Positions 35,125 to 47,390 of a DNA stretch of 64,000 nt are shown here, piece by piece. Position numbers and translations under genes: made by a program. The stretch's first letter is position 1. The number at the start of each line of letters is the position of its first letter. A model generated the notes under the pieces. That model saw only the letters and a list, made by a program, of their open reading frames with translations. It was not told the origin of the DNA and searched no databases. This DNA is from Heptranchias perlo. Its lineage: Eukaryota. The stretch lies in contig NC_090347.1 in assembly GCF_035084215.1 (NCBI RefSeq), positions 25,606,001 through 25,670,000 on the forward strand, given 5' to 3'.

Positions 35125-36026
35125 TTAATTTTGTCCCAGATTATTGTCTCCAAACTTTTTCCCACCTCAGGGGTGTAACATTTGCAATCCTCAGTCCTCT
35201 GGTGCCACCCCCATATCTAAGAAGAATTGGAAGATTGTGGCTAGAGCCTCTGCAATTTCTACCCTGACTTCCCTCAGGAATCTAGGATGCATCCCATCTG
35301 GACCGGGTGACTTTCTGCTTTGAGTATTGCCAACCTTTTAAGTGCCTCCTCTTTATCTATTTTTATTCTATCCAATATCACTACTACCTCCTCCTTTACT
35401 GTTGCATTGGCAGCATCCTCTTCTCTGGTGAAGACTGATGTGAAGTATTAATTTATTACCTCAGCTACACCCTCTGCCTCCACAAGATCTCCTTTTTTGT
35501 CCCTAATTGGCCCCACCCTTCCTTTGACTATGCTTTTACTATTTATATGTTTATAAAAGGCTTTTGGGTTCTCTTTTATGTTAGCTGTTAATCTATTCTC
35601 GTACTCTCTCTTTGCCCCTCTTATTTCCTTTTTTAGATCTCCTCTGTTCTTAGCTTGGTTCTCTACTGTATAACAAAGCTTAAATTTGTCATAAGCCTCC
35701 TTTTTCTGTTTCATTTTAATCTCTATATCTTTAATCATCCAGGGAGCTCTAACTTTGGCTGCCTTTCCTTTCCCTCTCATGGGAATGTGTTTACTCTGTA
35801 CCCAAACCATCTACTCCTTGAAGGCCTCCCATTGTTCAATTACTGTTTTGCCTACCAATTTTTGATTCCAATCCACCTGGGCAAGATCCATTTTTAACTC
35901 ACTGAAATTAGCCCTCCTCCAGTTAAGTATTTTTAGGCTTGATTCTTCCCTGTCCTTTTCCATAACTGTTCTAAATCTAATGATATTCTGATCACTGTTC
36001 CCCAAATGGTCCCCCACTGAAACATG
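35125..36026 (-). mobile_element. CR1 ORF2 segment, probably the upstream part of the CR1 split by element 2
   Basis: HLGNSDQNIIRF, NPKAFYKHINSK, SPGPDGMHPR; homologous to ~57850-58815. Confidence 0.9.
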
Positions 36027-37581
36027 CATTATGTATGAAATTAGCCATCCAAGTGTCTGTACTAAGCTTCAAAACACACATCTGCATGAGCTAGAACTGA
36101 GTTTATGGAATTTTTATTTGACTAGCTCTGAATAATTAATCTCCTCTTCAGGAGCATCTGGAAAGCACTAATAGGATACAAATTTCGGGTTTGTTATCTC
36201 ATCTTACCTTGTAATTGTATAAACGCTCCTAACGTACGGATATCCAGCACCAGACTGGCCTGTTGCATAGGCAAGGAGGAATGTGTTAAACAATCTCACT
36301 GTTAAGGATCATTACTTACAACACTCCTTGGGCTCAATGGCACCATGAGAATGGTATCAGGGTCCAATAGGCTACACCTGATTCATTGTACCTCATTATG
36401 ATACAGTTATGTGACCATCAAAGTTAGCTTATATTAAGACTAAGACTGGGCTCAGACTCCTGCGTGCTTTTAATGGAGCTTTAACTTAAATCAGAGACCC
36501 TGTTATTTCACAAATCTGTTAGTGTTAAGGTTTGGCTAGATATTCTTATACAGCATTTGCTATTTGCTGAAAGGAGGCAGATACATCTATTGCATGAAAA
36601 ATAGTCTAGAATTTTAGCAAATGAAAAAAGCAGATGAAACAAGAGAACAATGTGTATTAAGCTTTACAAGGTACACCACCTTTGCACATAATCTATTTGT
36701 ACAAAACAGGGATAAAGTAAAAAATCATTGATGCTTTTATAAAATGTATTTATATATGTTATTCACCAAAAAATTATACCCAGATCTCAGTCAAATCAGA
36801 TTCTACAATAAAATTATATAATTATTCATTTGTATCAAATGGCTCCAACTATATTGCAGGACAAAGTAGAAAATCAATTTTACAGTCGATACTAATGTGT
36901 AAATATAACTGTTCCTTTGCGCAATTTTGAAAAGATCTTCTCTCTACTTCAGTTTTCCAACACAGCCTCCAGAAACCACACTTCCTCTTTTACTGAGTGA
37001 GAAGTATAGTCCAGCACACAAATTTCTTCACAATATTTCTGTAATCAAACAACAGGAAGTATATTTTCAAAGTATAACTGGGCCTTAGTTTTTCTTCCCC
37101 TTTTACAATGTGTTGTGATGTCGCACACTGATTAATTTACTGTCCCAGCTGTGAAATAATGATCTCCTTGAATGACACCAGTCAAGTGTGCAGCCTTCTG
37201 TAAGGGGACCCATAGCGCTAGTAGACAATCAAAATGTGCCAATGTTTCTTTGCAGACAAAACAAATAGTGAAGAGTTCAGCACAGTGCAATTGGTCAATC
37301 AGGATTACTGTCCTAGCCAGTAACTGCATCAAAAAAATTAGTTGTGGTTTCCAGTTACTCATTGGAGAGAAAAGTGACAGCTTGAAATAATCTGTGTGGT
37401 GTAAATTCAGCTTTCATTATTTGCATTATAAAAAAGGACATGGCTGGGCTGTACATTTGAAGCATCATGTCGCACAATGTTCTTAAAATAGTCCATGACA
37501 TTATTGCTGACGTCAGTGCTTTCTTCAGAAATAGAAATAAGAATTACTCATTTCAATGGCTATTAACCATCAGCCTCCTGA

Positions 37582-37598
37582 TCACTTGGCACTGCAAC
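37582..37598 (-). CDS. Gene B putative last coding exon (GCSAK* if phase 1)
   Basis: Acceptor ttttttcttttaacag|G, closing a 78-nt intron from the donor at 37676; AT-rich UTR-like sequence follows. Confidence 0.55.
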
Positions 37599-40500
37599 CT
37601 GTTAAAAGAAAAAAGGAAATTATGAGAACAATGCCAAAAGTCCTTAAAAAAAATAAGCTAGCATTTGAAATCATACCTAGAATCATAGAATCATAGAATC
37701 ATAGAAGTTTACAACATGGAAACAGGCCCTTCGGCCCAACATGTCCATGTCGCCCAGTTTATACCACTACGCTAGTCCCAATTGCCTGCACTTGGCCCAT
37801 ATCCGTCCATACCCATCTTACCCATGTAACTGTCCAAATGCTTTTTAAAAGACAAAATTGTACCCGCCTCTACTACTGCCTCTGGCAGCTCGTTCCAGAC
37901 ACTCACCACCCTTTGAGTGAAAAAATTGCCCCTCTGGACCCTTTTGTATCTCTCCCCTCTCACCTTAAATCTATGCCCCCTCGTTATTTTATAGACTTCT
38001 ATAAGATCACCCCTAAACCTCCTACTCTCCAGGGAAAAAAGTCTCAGTCTATCTAACCTCTCCCTGTAAGTCAAACCATCAAGTCCCGGTAGCATCCTAG
38101 TAAATCTTTTCTGCACTCTTTCTAGTTTAATGATATCCTTTCTATAATAGGGTGATCAGAACTGTACACAGTATTCCAAGTGTGGCCTTACTATTGTCTT
38201 GTAAAACTTCAACAAGACATCCCAACTCCTGTATTCAATGTTCCGACCAATGAAACCAAGCATGCTGAATGCCTTCTTCACCACCCTATCCACCTGTGAC
38301 TCCACTTTCAAGGAGCTATGAACCTGTACTCATAGATCTCTTTGTTCTATAACTCTCCCCAACGCCCTACCATTAACGGAGTAGGTCCTGGCCCGATTCG
38401 ATCTACCAAAATGCATCACCTCACATTTATCTAAATTAAACTCCATCTGCCATTCATCGGCCCACTGGCCCAATTTATCAAGATCCCGTTGCAATCCTAG
38501 ATAACCTTCTTCACTGTCCACAATGCCACCAATCTTGGTGTCATCTGCAAACTTACTAACCATGCCTCCTAAATTCTCATCCAAATCATTAATATAAATA
38601 ACAAATAACAGCGGACCCAGCACCGATCCCTGAGGCACACCGCTGGTCACAGGCCTCCAGTTTGAAAAACAACCCTCTACAACCACCCTCTGTCTTCTGT
38701 CGTCAATCCAATTTTGTATCCAATTGACTACCTCACCTTGGGTCCCGTGAGATTTAACCTTATGTAACAACCTACCATGCGGTACCTTGTCAAAGGCTTT
38801 GCTAAAGTCCATGTAGACCACATCTATCTTCTTGGTTACTACATTTGGGTATCTGGATCCTCTCCTAACTGTTGAAGAAAAAGCAAAAAAAAAAATCATT
38901 ATTTCTGGTACACAAAATTTGATTTGAAATAACATTTTTGGCTGTGAAAATTTGCAGTTGCTTATTTTTTCTAGTTCCAAAACTCCTAATCGTGTATAAG
39001 AAAGACAATACTTTCTGTACAAATGTGATAATATTGACACTTATAAACAATGCCTATATTTGCCCTAATTAACAGTCCAATAATTTCTTTTACTCCTTTG
39101 TCCAACCATAGAAATGAGATCCAGACTAAGTGTAATCACTCCTCCCATATATAACATTTCATTCCTTCTATTTGAGTAGGAGGGTATGGCAATGTAGCGG
39201 TTATGTAGCTGAACTGGTAATCCAGAGAACATGAGTTCAAATCCCACCATCGCAGTTTGAAAATTTGAATTCAGTTTTTTTAAAAAGCTAGTACCAGTAA
39301 AAAAGGTACCAAGAACCATTGTCATAAAAGCCCAACTGGTTCACTAATGTCTTTTCGGGAAGGAAACCTGCGATCCTTGTGACTCCAATCCCATGCCAAT
39401 ATGGCTGACTCTTAATTGCCCTCTGAATTAGCATAGCAAGCCACTCAGTTGTATCAAACTACAAAGGAGAAGGCCCACCACCACCTTCTCAGGGCAACTA
39501 GGGTTGGGCAATAAATGCCGGCTTTGCCAATGATACCCCACATCCCGAGAATGAATTTTTACAAAGTTCCAGTTCCTTCTTAAGAAATGTTTCCTTCCTC
39601 CCTTTCCCCCATTTGCCTTTCCCTGTACCAAACACCATAACTGGGCTTGGAGCACCACAGATTATTTATTCCCACACCTCTCCCAATGCTGCTCTACGGC
39701 TGGATATGGCTCAGTAGAAAGTGCACCAGAGCAGGTCACCATGTCTCACACCTGATGCTTTTCTTCCTTCTCTTGGTGGGGGTGGGATGGGGGAGGAAAA
39801 GCATGGCTTGTATTGGTACATTATCTAGCCCCTCTTCACCCAAATACTTTATCCAACTACTGCATAAGGAAATCTGAAGACTGTAACCAATTCGGCACCA
39901 TTCAGAGCTTTGGACTCCTCAAGATTTCACTTAAGCAAACTATTTGTTTCCTGCTCAGTGAGATAAGGGTACTTGACATCCACTGGTTCAGCCAAAAGCT
40001 TATCTAAATCACACAACTCTGGGAAGCGAATTAGAATGAGAGACAGAATATGAAGCCGTTCAGAGTGCTTCAGATTCTGCTGCATCATTCTTTTTGGAAA
40101 GCCTTGGAACTTGCATAGTTGGCATATGATATGGTTAAGCTGAATTATCAGGTTGCCAGATTATGGGCTGTATTCAAAAAAAAAAGCTAACCAAAAGTAT
40201 TTTAAAACATAAGATTACGTCACAATTCATGTAACAAAGACTCAAAAGTTTCAAAAGAAATCAGACACATTTACATAACCATCGTACCTGGATACCATCT
40301 TCTCTTGAATCGCAAAACCGCCAAGATGACTATTCCAGATAAAAGTGCTCCAACAATGACAAAAACTGCTGTGAGAACTTTATTCTTTTTCCCTTCACTT
40401 TGGGGATCATGATTAGGTAGATCCAAGACTGGAACGGAAAATTAAAATTAATTAATTGTAAATTCCAGCTTCAACCTTTGTGTGCATAAAAATGTCATTT

Positions 40501-43103
40501 ATTTCTACTCTTTTATGACTATATTAATTAGCAATAGATATACTGAAGTTCAAGCAACACTGTAAGGACAAGGACAGTTAAATAAGAAGGCCCACAACCT
40601 TCTCAGGGCAAATAGCCATGGGTATTAAATATGGCCTTGTAGCATTGCCCACATCTTGAGAACAAATAAAAACAAAATAAATTCTTTAAACAGCCATTTT
40701 CTGAGATTTAAAAAAATAAATACCATGAACTTACTTTGAAAATCTTTCTGCACCTCATTAAACCCCTGTTCCACATTCCACACAGCACAGGTATAACTGC
40801 CTTCCAGGTCGCTTTCCATTACTTCGATTTGAAGCATGCTGGTGATCTTGAACAGCCCCTCTGTGGTTCTTATACTACTAGTTTTAGACTTGGATGTGAG
40901 ATTACTCATTCCATTGACAAACCAGTGAATCTGAGCCAGTGGGTATCCAGTTGTTACACAACTGAGGTTTGTTGTTCTCATTGTTCTTGTGAGATTTGGA
41001 AATAAGGTCACTTTTGGCAAACTGTACGGAGCTAAAAAAAAATGATTGCACTGTTATTAATGTAATGAGAGAAAGAGCTGTAGAAAAATAGAGGGGCAGC
41101 TTTTATACTTTCTCCCCCACCCAGCAAAAAATAACAACCATTCTTGGTAAATAATAAATCCCAGACTTATGACATTAGTTTGGTTGAATTTAGGTTACCT
41201 TAGGTTTGGGCTGTGATAGAGGAAAACATTTAGTGGTACCAATTTGTCACTTTGAGTTAATTTCTGAAAACCTGAATTTGACACTTTTCGGGAAGCTTCA
41301 GATTCTGGTCCACCTTTCTTTTTATCATTTTTGTCTAATTTAGAAAATAGCTTGTACATACATCTTGCATATTTTGTACGAATGTTTGGTTCCTCTAGCA
41401 ATCCAGTGATGGATTTGCACTGATGTTAATGTTTATTTAGTCTGGATAGTTTCATAGAATCATAGAAAGGTTACGGCATGAAAGGAGGCCATTTGGCCCA
41501 TTGAGTCCTCACCGGCTCTATGCAAGAGCAATCCAGCTTGTTCCACACCCCCGTCCTTTCCCTATAGCCCTGCAAATGTTTTCCTTTCAAGTACTTATCC
41601 AGTTCCCTTTTGAAGGCCATGATTGAATCTGTCTCCACCACCCCCTCGGGCTGTGCACTCCAGATCCTAACCACTCGCTGTGTAAAAAAAGTTTTTCCTC
41701 ATGTCACCTTTGGTTCCTTTGCCAATCACCTTAAGGTAAGAAATGAAGCAGGATTTTCGAAACCCCAAAATCTACCATAATTTAATCTGGAACAGTCTAA
41801 CGCCCATGTTATCTAACACACTGTTTCAATGTTTTAACAACACTTAAAATGGAGAATAAGAAATTGCTTTCTTAAACTGTAATGCCTGGAGTAACAGTAA
41901 TTCATAAAAAAAATATACTGTGGAGATCCCTCTCCACAGCACTGTATAGCAGCATACAAAATCATGTTATTGAAAGGGAGTTTATCACTTTTCTTTAATG
42001 TTGCTGCTGATTGAAAATAGATATAAGTATTAGCTTGACTCAGTTAGGACCAATCCCACTTCTGAGTCAGAAAGCTGTCCCACTATGCACTTGAGTACAT
42101 CAACTTGCCTGGCACTTCAATACTGTACTGAGGGAGCATGCATTGTTGAAAATGTCATCTTTCAGATGAGACATTAAATTGAGACCCCCAGCTACCTGCT
42201 CAGGTGGACAGAAAAGATCTCGTGGCACTATTCAAAGATGAGCAGAGTGTTCTCCAGGTGTCCTGGCCAACATTTGTTGTTCAACCAACACCACCAAAAT
42301 CAGATGAACTGATCAATCATTTAGTCGTTTGCTCTTTGTGGAATTTTGCCATATGCAAGTTGGCTGGTGAGTTTGCTCAAATAACAACAGTGGCTGCACA
42401 TCAAAGCAATCCCCATCTGTAATATGTTTTGGGATGTTCAGAGGACATGAAAGTTGCTATTTAAATGCACGATCATTCTTTCTTTCCTCTCTAAACATGA
42501 CTCTCATTATAACATGCTGTTTGCATAACTAACATGTCAAGCTTTTTAGGATTAAAATAATACTGGAATTTGTTGCCAATTAGAGGCAATCAATATTTTA
42601 CAAGGAAAAATAGCACAGAAAGTATACTTTAACCCACCTTTAACCATCAGTGTGATGTCTTGATTATCGTAACCAACATCAGTTTCCAAATAATAGTTAT
42701 ATGTCCCAATATCTGACACTTGTGTTTTCTGGATTACCAGTGATATATCTTTTGAATCTTGTTGAAGTAATTTAACTCGACCATTAGAACTTTTGTTTGA
42801 GTTAAACATAAGTGTTTCTTCTCCATATTTTTTCAGTTGAATGTAATCAATTGTTCCCTCCTCTTTTGATTTGATTCTGCATGGTAGTTTAGTGTCTTCA
42901 TTAAAAATTCCTGTCACTGAATGTTCACAGTCCAAACTCATAAACCCTGAAAAACAATCATTTTCATTAATTTATATTATCTCAATGACAATCGGTAATG
43001 AATGAGCTACATACTGAGAAGCACTCCAGTACTTACTTTGTGCAGAGGGTGTGCTTGTGCATAAAATGACATAAAGAAGACTTATTGAACGGTGTGAACC
43101 CAT
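37582..43103 (-). CDS. B7-family type I membrane protein, PD-L1/PD-L2-like (gene B): join(43103-43037, 42946-42638, 41031-40735, 40428-40288, 38868-38824, 37598-37582) in the pre-insertion model
   Basis: All junctions GT-AG and phase 1; leader-IgV-IgC-TM-short cytoplasmic layout; IgC motifs APYS.P, CxxxGYPLA.I.W, RTTEGLFKITSML, YTCAVWN. Confidence 0.85.
37680..38823 (-). mobile_element. 5'-truncated CR1 LINE inserted in sense orientation at the exon/donor boundary of gene B
   Basis: DVVYMDFSKAFD..PQGSVLGP..FADD; (ctatgatt)n tail; TAG on both sides (38824-38826, 37677-37679). Confidence 0.95.
38824..38868 (-). CDS. Gene B cytoplasmic exon (VRRGSRYPNVVTKKI)
   Basis: Acceptor tttttgctttttcttcaacag|TT; in phase with the TM exon; runs directly into CR1. 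Confidence 0.75.
39182..39560 (+). mobile_element. tRNA-headed SINE
   Basis: Same family as 1367-1757. Confidence 0.85.
40288..40428 (-). CDS. Gene B stalk/transmembrane exon
   Basis: LDLPNHDPQSEGKKNKVLTAVFVIVGALLSGIVILAVLRFKRRWYP; ccag| and |gtacg; 141 nt. Confidence 0.9.
40735..41031 (-). CDS. Gene B IgC exon
   Basis: APYSLPKV...LSCVTTGYPLAQIHW...YTCAVWN; 297 nt, tag| and |gtaagt. Confidence 0.95.
41453..41733 (-). mobile_element. CR1 3' end (intronic)
   Basis: catagaatcatagaaagg tail; FKRELDKYLKGK. Confidence 0.9.
42030..42488 (+). mobile_element. Deu-domain-type SINE (SacSINE1-like)
   Basis: tRNA-like head, gtcatctttcagatgagacattaaa..caggtggac..aaagatc core, gctatttaaatgca tail. Confidence 0.75.
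42638..42946 (-). CDS. Gene B IgV-like exon (non-canonical)
   Basis: LPC, GRVKL, DISLVIQKTQVSDIGTY, ITLMVK; 309 nt, tcag| and |gtgggt. Confidence 0.92.
43037..43103 (-). CDS. Gene B signal-peptide exon (exon begins at 43121)
   Basis: gaaATGG context with an in-frame upstream stop; MGSHRSISLLYVILCTSTPSAQ A|gtaagt; 90-nt intron to IgV. Confidence 0.85.
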
Positions 43104-44326
43104 TTCCAGAATTCAATTTATCTGCTGATTTAAGGACAATACAGAAAAATCATTAAAACTCAGGGATCTAATCAAACCTGATTTCACTTTTCTTGTGAGT
43201 TGAGTTTTGTCAGGAATTTCAAAGAGCAACATATCACTGAACTAAAAATCACATAAGATACGTTTGCATTGCTAGAAATTTTTGAATAATCAGAATTATT
43301 TTACGTGTTACTGTTAAAAATAACAAGTACATTTTATAGTGTTTTCCTACAATTCTCTCAGCAAGAACACCAGAATCTGTGAACTGACAACAATATACAA
43401 TGAAAACTGCAATAACTCCATATTTCATTTTTTATTAGTACTTCTTATTTCCTTTTTCACTTCTCCTCTGTACTTTCTATATTCAGCCTGGTTCTCACTT
43501 GTATTATCAACCTGTCATCTGTCATCTGTCATACGCCTCTTTTTTCTGCATCATTTTACGCTCGATCTCTTTTGCCATCCAGGGAGCTCTGGCCTTGGTT
43601 ACCCTACATGATCTAAATTGACGGAAAATTGTAGTTTTTAACCATATCCCACATAAATGAATCTTCCCTGATTCAAAGCTTTAAATAAAATAATGAAGGA
43701 TCAGTTGCTACTGCCACAGAATTACCTGCCTGTTCAACATAAATTCAACAAATTGGCTGCTGCTCTCCTTAAAATGGCCAAATGATCTGTTTACAAAACA
43801 GCATTTAAAATATAATCTGATGCTTCTGCCAATCCTCTATGTTAATGGCGTCCTGCTTTTAGGTTCATTTGTTAATGAAAGAATTTTCATTTATGCAGCA
43901 CTTGATTACATTTCTATCACAATGAATGACCTTTGAGCTGTAGTTACTGTTGTGTAGGCAAATACAGTAGCCAAAATTGCACACGGTGCTGCAAATAGAT
44001 GAATGGCCAGTTCATTTGTCTTTGATGGAGGAGATCAGGAGAATTCCCCGATCTTCTTCAAGTACAGTAATGCTAGGGGATCTTTTATATCTACCTGAAC
44101 CAGTAGAGAGGGATCTGTTTAATGTCTAAGAGGACAGCACCTCTGACAATGCACCACTTCCTCAGTACTGCATTGAATCAGCAGTCCAGATTACGTGTTC
44201 ATAGTCTGGAGTGGGGATGTTACCACACTTCTGACTTACAGGCAAAAGTATTTCCTCCTGAGGAGAGCTGACAGTAAAACAATGTTAATCAATGCTGTCA
44301 TGTATCAGCTGAAAACCAGAAGCTAA

Positions 44327-44708
44327 GAAAGAAAGATTTCCATTTATATAGCACCTTCCACGACCTCTGAATGTCCAAAAGCACTTTACAGCCAATAAAG
44401 TACTTTTGAAGTGTTGGCACTATTGTAATGTAGGAAACATGGCAGCCAATTTGCACACAGCAAGGTCCCACAAACAGCAATGTGATAACGACCAGATAAT
44501 CTGTTTTTTTAGTGATATTGGTTGAGGGATGAATTTTGGCCAAGACACCGGGGAGAACTCTGCTCTTCTTCGAAATAGTGCCATGAGATCTTTTATGTCC
44601 ACTTGAGGGAGCAGACGGGGTCTCGGTTTAATGTCTCATCCGAAAGACCACACGTCCGTCAGTGCAGCACTCCCTCAGTACTGGACTGGAGTGTCGGCCT
44701 AGATTTTG
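44327..44708 (-). mobile_element. Deu-domain-type SINE (SacSINE1-like); an older copy lies at ~43880-44270
   Basis: Well-preserved core cggatgagacattaaaccgaga..gtggacataaaagatc..atggcactatttcgaagaagagcag. Confidence 0.85.
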
Positions 44709-46147
44709 TGAAGCTCACCTAAAATTGGGCCTCGGACTTCATCAACATATTGCCGGTGAGCTGCCAATCGGGCATCTAGAGACAGCTCGTCAATTCCACG
44801 AGGACAAAGTTGGGCCGGCTGCCTCCTCAGCAGTGGCCCTCAGATAGGACCTGGATGATGGGGGGGAGTGGGGGGAAGAGGGGATTAGGAGGGATGGGGG
44901 AGGTGATTAGAGGGGAGGGGGGCTATCGAGAAGGAGGGATGGGGGCAATGGGAAGGAAGGGTGAACCAGACTTATGTTCCGTGCTGTAACTTTATTGCAA
45001 TAAAGTTACAGCACATTGCAATCATATTATATATGAGTGGCATCACTCTTTTGGGTAAGTTTTGAAGCACTGCGACAGAACACATGATGCAATTATGGGG
45101 CAGAAATTGCTCGGAGCACCGAACCAACAGGGCAAATCCACTTTAAGGAAACAAGCATCAGACCAACTGCGATTGGCTCTTAGTTACACGTCTTCATGAA
45201 AAGAACACTACATTGATAACCACCTCACGTTAGAGATCTGGAATATTGGTAGCAGTAAGAGGTATTATAGTACCCGTCATTAATTTCCCACTCACATCAT
45301 TACTGAGTGGGGTAAGGCTCAGCTGTTCACCCAAATGCATAAATGCAATGGGACTCACCAGGCTCTGACTACCAGTGACATTTTCAACTGCAGAATAAAG
45401 CTGTTGGGATCATCTGCTCTCTTCTGTCATTAAAATTGAAAAGCTATTCTATCGAATACCTGAAGTATTTTTTCTTACGTTTAAAACTTATGGTTTAAAA
45501 CTGGGGACATCTATAGTCCGGGTGATGCTTGGTGCTAATGATGCAGGGCTACAATGATCCCACACTGCACGACAAAGCCATGGCAGCAGTTCAGCACATC
45601 TTAAGTCATTGAGGAGGCCAATGTCCACATTGCGCCAACACAAGAAGTAACTGGGGCATAAATATGTTGCTGTATCTGGCAGGAGCAACAATACAGATTC
45701 CGATGTAACCACTGCACTTCAATGAATTGTACTGAAGTGATTTTTTTTAGCATTCCACCTTGCAGTAGGAGTCATTTGACAGACCAGCAGTGAGATCCCT
45801 GGCTGCTTTTTCTCCTTTCTAGTTCCAGGAATACTGAGGCTAATTGTACTGAAAACTTTAAAACCGTTTACTGCATTTATTTCTGATAAACAAATACTTC
45901 TGTCTCCCCCCCCCACCCCGCCATCCCTTTGCCTTTCCTCAATTATTTCGCCAGGGGCAAGAGTCAGTTGCTGCTTGCAAACAGCCGGGCTTTTTAACCG
46001 TCAGCATTGAAAATAAAGTTAAGATAATTGAAACCTTTCGTATATTGCAGTGAAAGTAACCGCATGTCAGATGCTTATTTGTTTGAATTACTATTTTCAT
46101 GCCCAAAGTTTTGGGGCTCATTTATCTCTGATTTTAATCTAGCAACC

Positions 46148-46456
46148 NNNNNNNNNNNNNNNNNNNNNNNNNNNNNNNNNNNNNNNNNNNNNNNNNNNNN
46201 NNNNNNNNNNNNNNNNNNNNNNNNNNNNNNNNNNNNNNNNNNNNNNNNNNNNNNNNNNNNNNNNNNNNNNNNNNNNNNNNNNNNNNNNNNNNNNNNNNNN
46301 NNNNNNNNNNNNNNNNNNNNNNNNNNNNNNNNNNNNNNNNNNNNNNNNNNNNNNNNNNNNNNNNNNNNNNNNNNNNNNNNNNNNNNNNNNNNNNNNNNNN
46401 NNNNNNNNNNNNNNNNNNNNNNNNNNNNNNNNNNNNNNNNNNNNNNNNNNNNNNNN
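46148..46456. other. Assembly gap (309 N)
   Basis: Run of N. Confidence 1.
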
Positions 46457-46549
46457 GTAACATTACTCTAAGTTTTCGAGTGTCAGACTGCACCTTTGTT
46501 CCAACCAAAATGCGGAGACCCAACCAGCTAAACACGAAAAGGGAGTTCA

Positions 46550-47170
46550 AACTGACCCAGGAAATGCCACCATTGAAAATCCGAGGCCTGGACAATTGTT
46601 ACGGATGACGCTGGGATCTCAGCACAGTTGAAGCCAAGCGCTGGGGTCCGTGGAGAGCGAGTGAGGCTGTCGGCTCGATCCACTGTCCAGTCTGGGAAAG
46701 CTGCAACCTTCAGTAACCTCGATACAGACAGTGAGACAAGGGTCGCCTGTTGCTCCTCCACTATCTCTCTTCACATCTGTGGTGTTGAACATGAACAGCT
46801 GGCTCGCCCGCTTTCCCCTCTCTTCCTTGTCTTTAAACTTTCTGTTTCGACATGAATGGGTAGCGGCCGAGTTGGCAAAGAGTTTCGATCGAAAAAAAAC
46901 CCAAATGTTTTCCAAGCTGTCAACGAACTTTCCCCACTGTTGGTGAAGTTGCAGTTAATGGACAGTTAATCCTAAACCTCCTTCTGAATGATCCAGGAAG
47001 TGCGAGGAATTGGTTACATTTTGACGTTCACTGCAGGAAAAACTGAAAGCAACGACGTGGGAAATAACCTAGCTTTGTGCAATATCAAAAGTCCCAATTG
47101 TTCAGTGGAGGAAAGCTCCAGTACCCTTTCTTTCCTGAGTGACTATTCAGTCGTACTTTCCCTTTATTAC
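46550..47170 (-). promoter_or_regulatory. Candidate promoter / non-coding first exon of gene B with NF-kB, IRF and ETS motifs
   Basis: Unique, CpG-enriched; kB-like 46925-46935 and 47153-47162, IRF-like ggaaaaactgaaagc 47036-47050, ETS caggaagtg near 46994; donor-like tgg|gtcagt near 46556. Confidence 0.45.
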
Positions 47171-47390
47171 CCTGTCTGGGAGTGATTCCAGAAATGCTTT
47201 CCAAAGAAGCTCTTCCGAATTATTTTTTTAAAATTATGTTTTATGCATTCAAATCCCTGTCCTATTAAGTCGACTACTTTAAACTAATATTCTGGGTTTA
47301 CCATATCTCAACCATTTACACACATGCCAAGCAGAAACATTTTGATTTAGTGTTTAATTCACTGTCGCTTCTGCTCCTGGAATGCCCACC

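Noticed and set aside
32965-35178. Domesticated syncytin-like env gene
   Set aside because: At least three frame-disrupting lesions, and the ORF end runs into CR1 sequence
41195-41401. 68-aa sense ORF in the IgV-IgC intron
   Set aside because: No recognisable domain; IgV and IgC exons already join in phase
43726-43786. AG/GT-bounded candidate leader exon for gene B
   Set aside because: The only open frame is hydrophilic and ends in phase 0, incompatible with the phase-1 IgV exon; a better leader exists at 43037-43103
45359-45423. Candidate exon with gtgagt donor
   Set aside because: Stop in the frame needed to join IgV; at most a 5' UTR exon
46028-46595. Long ORFs containing X runs
   Set aside because: Artefacts of the N gap
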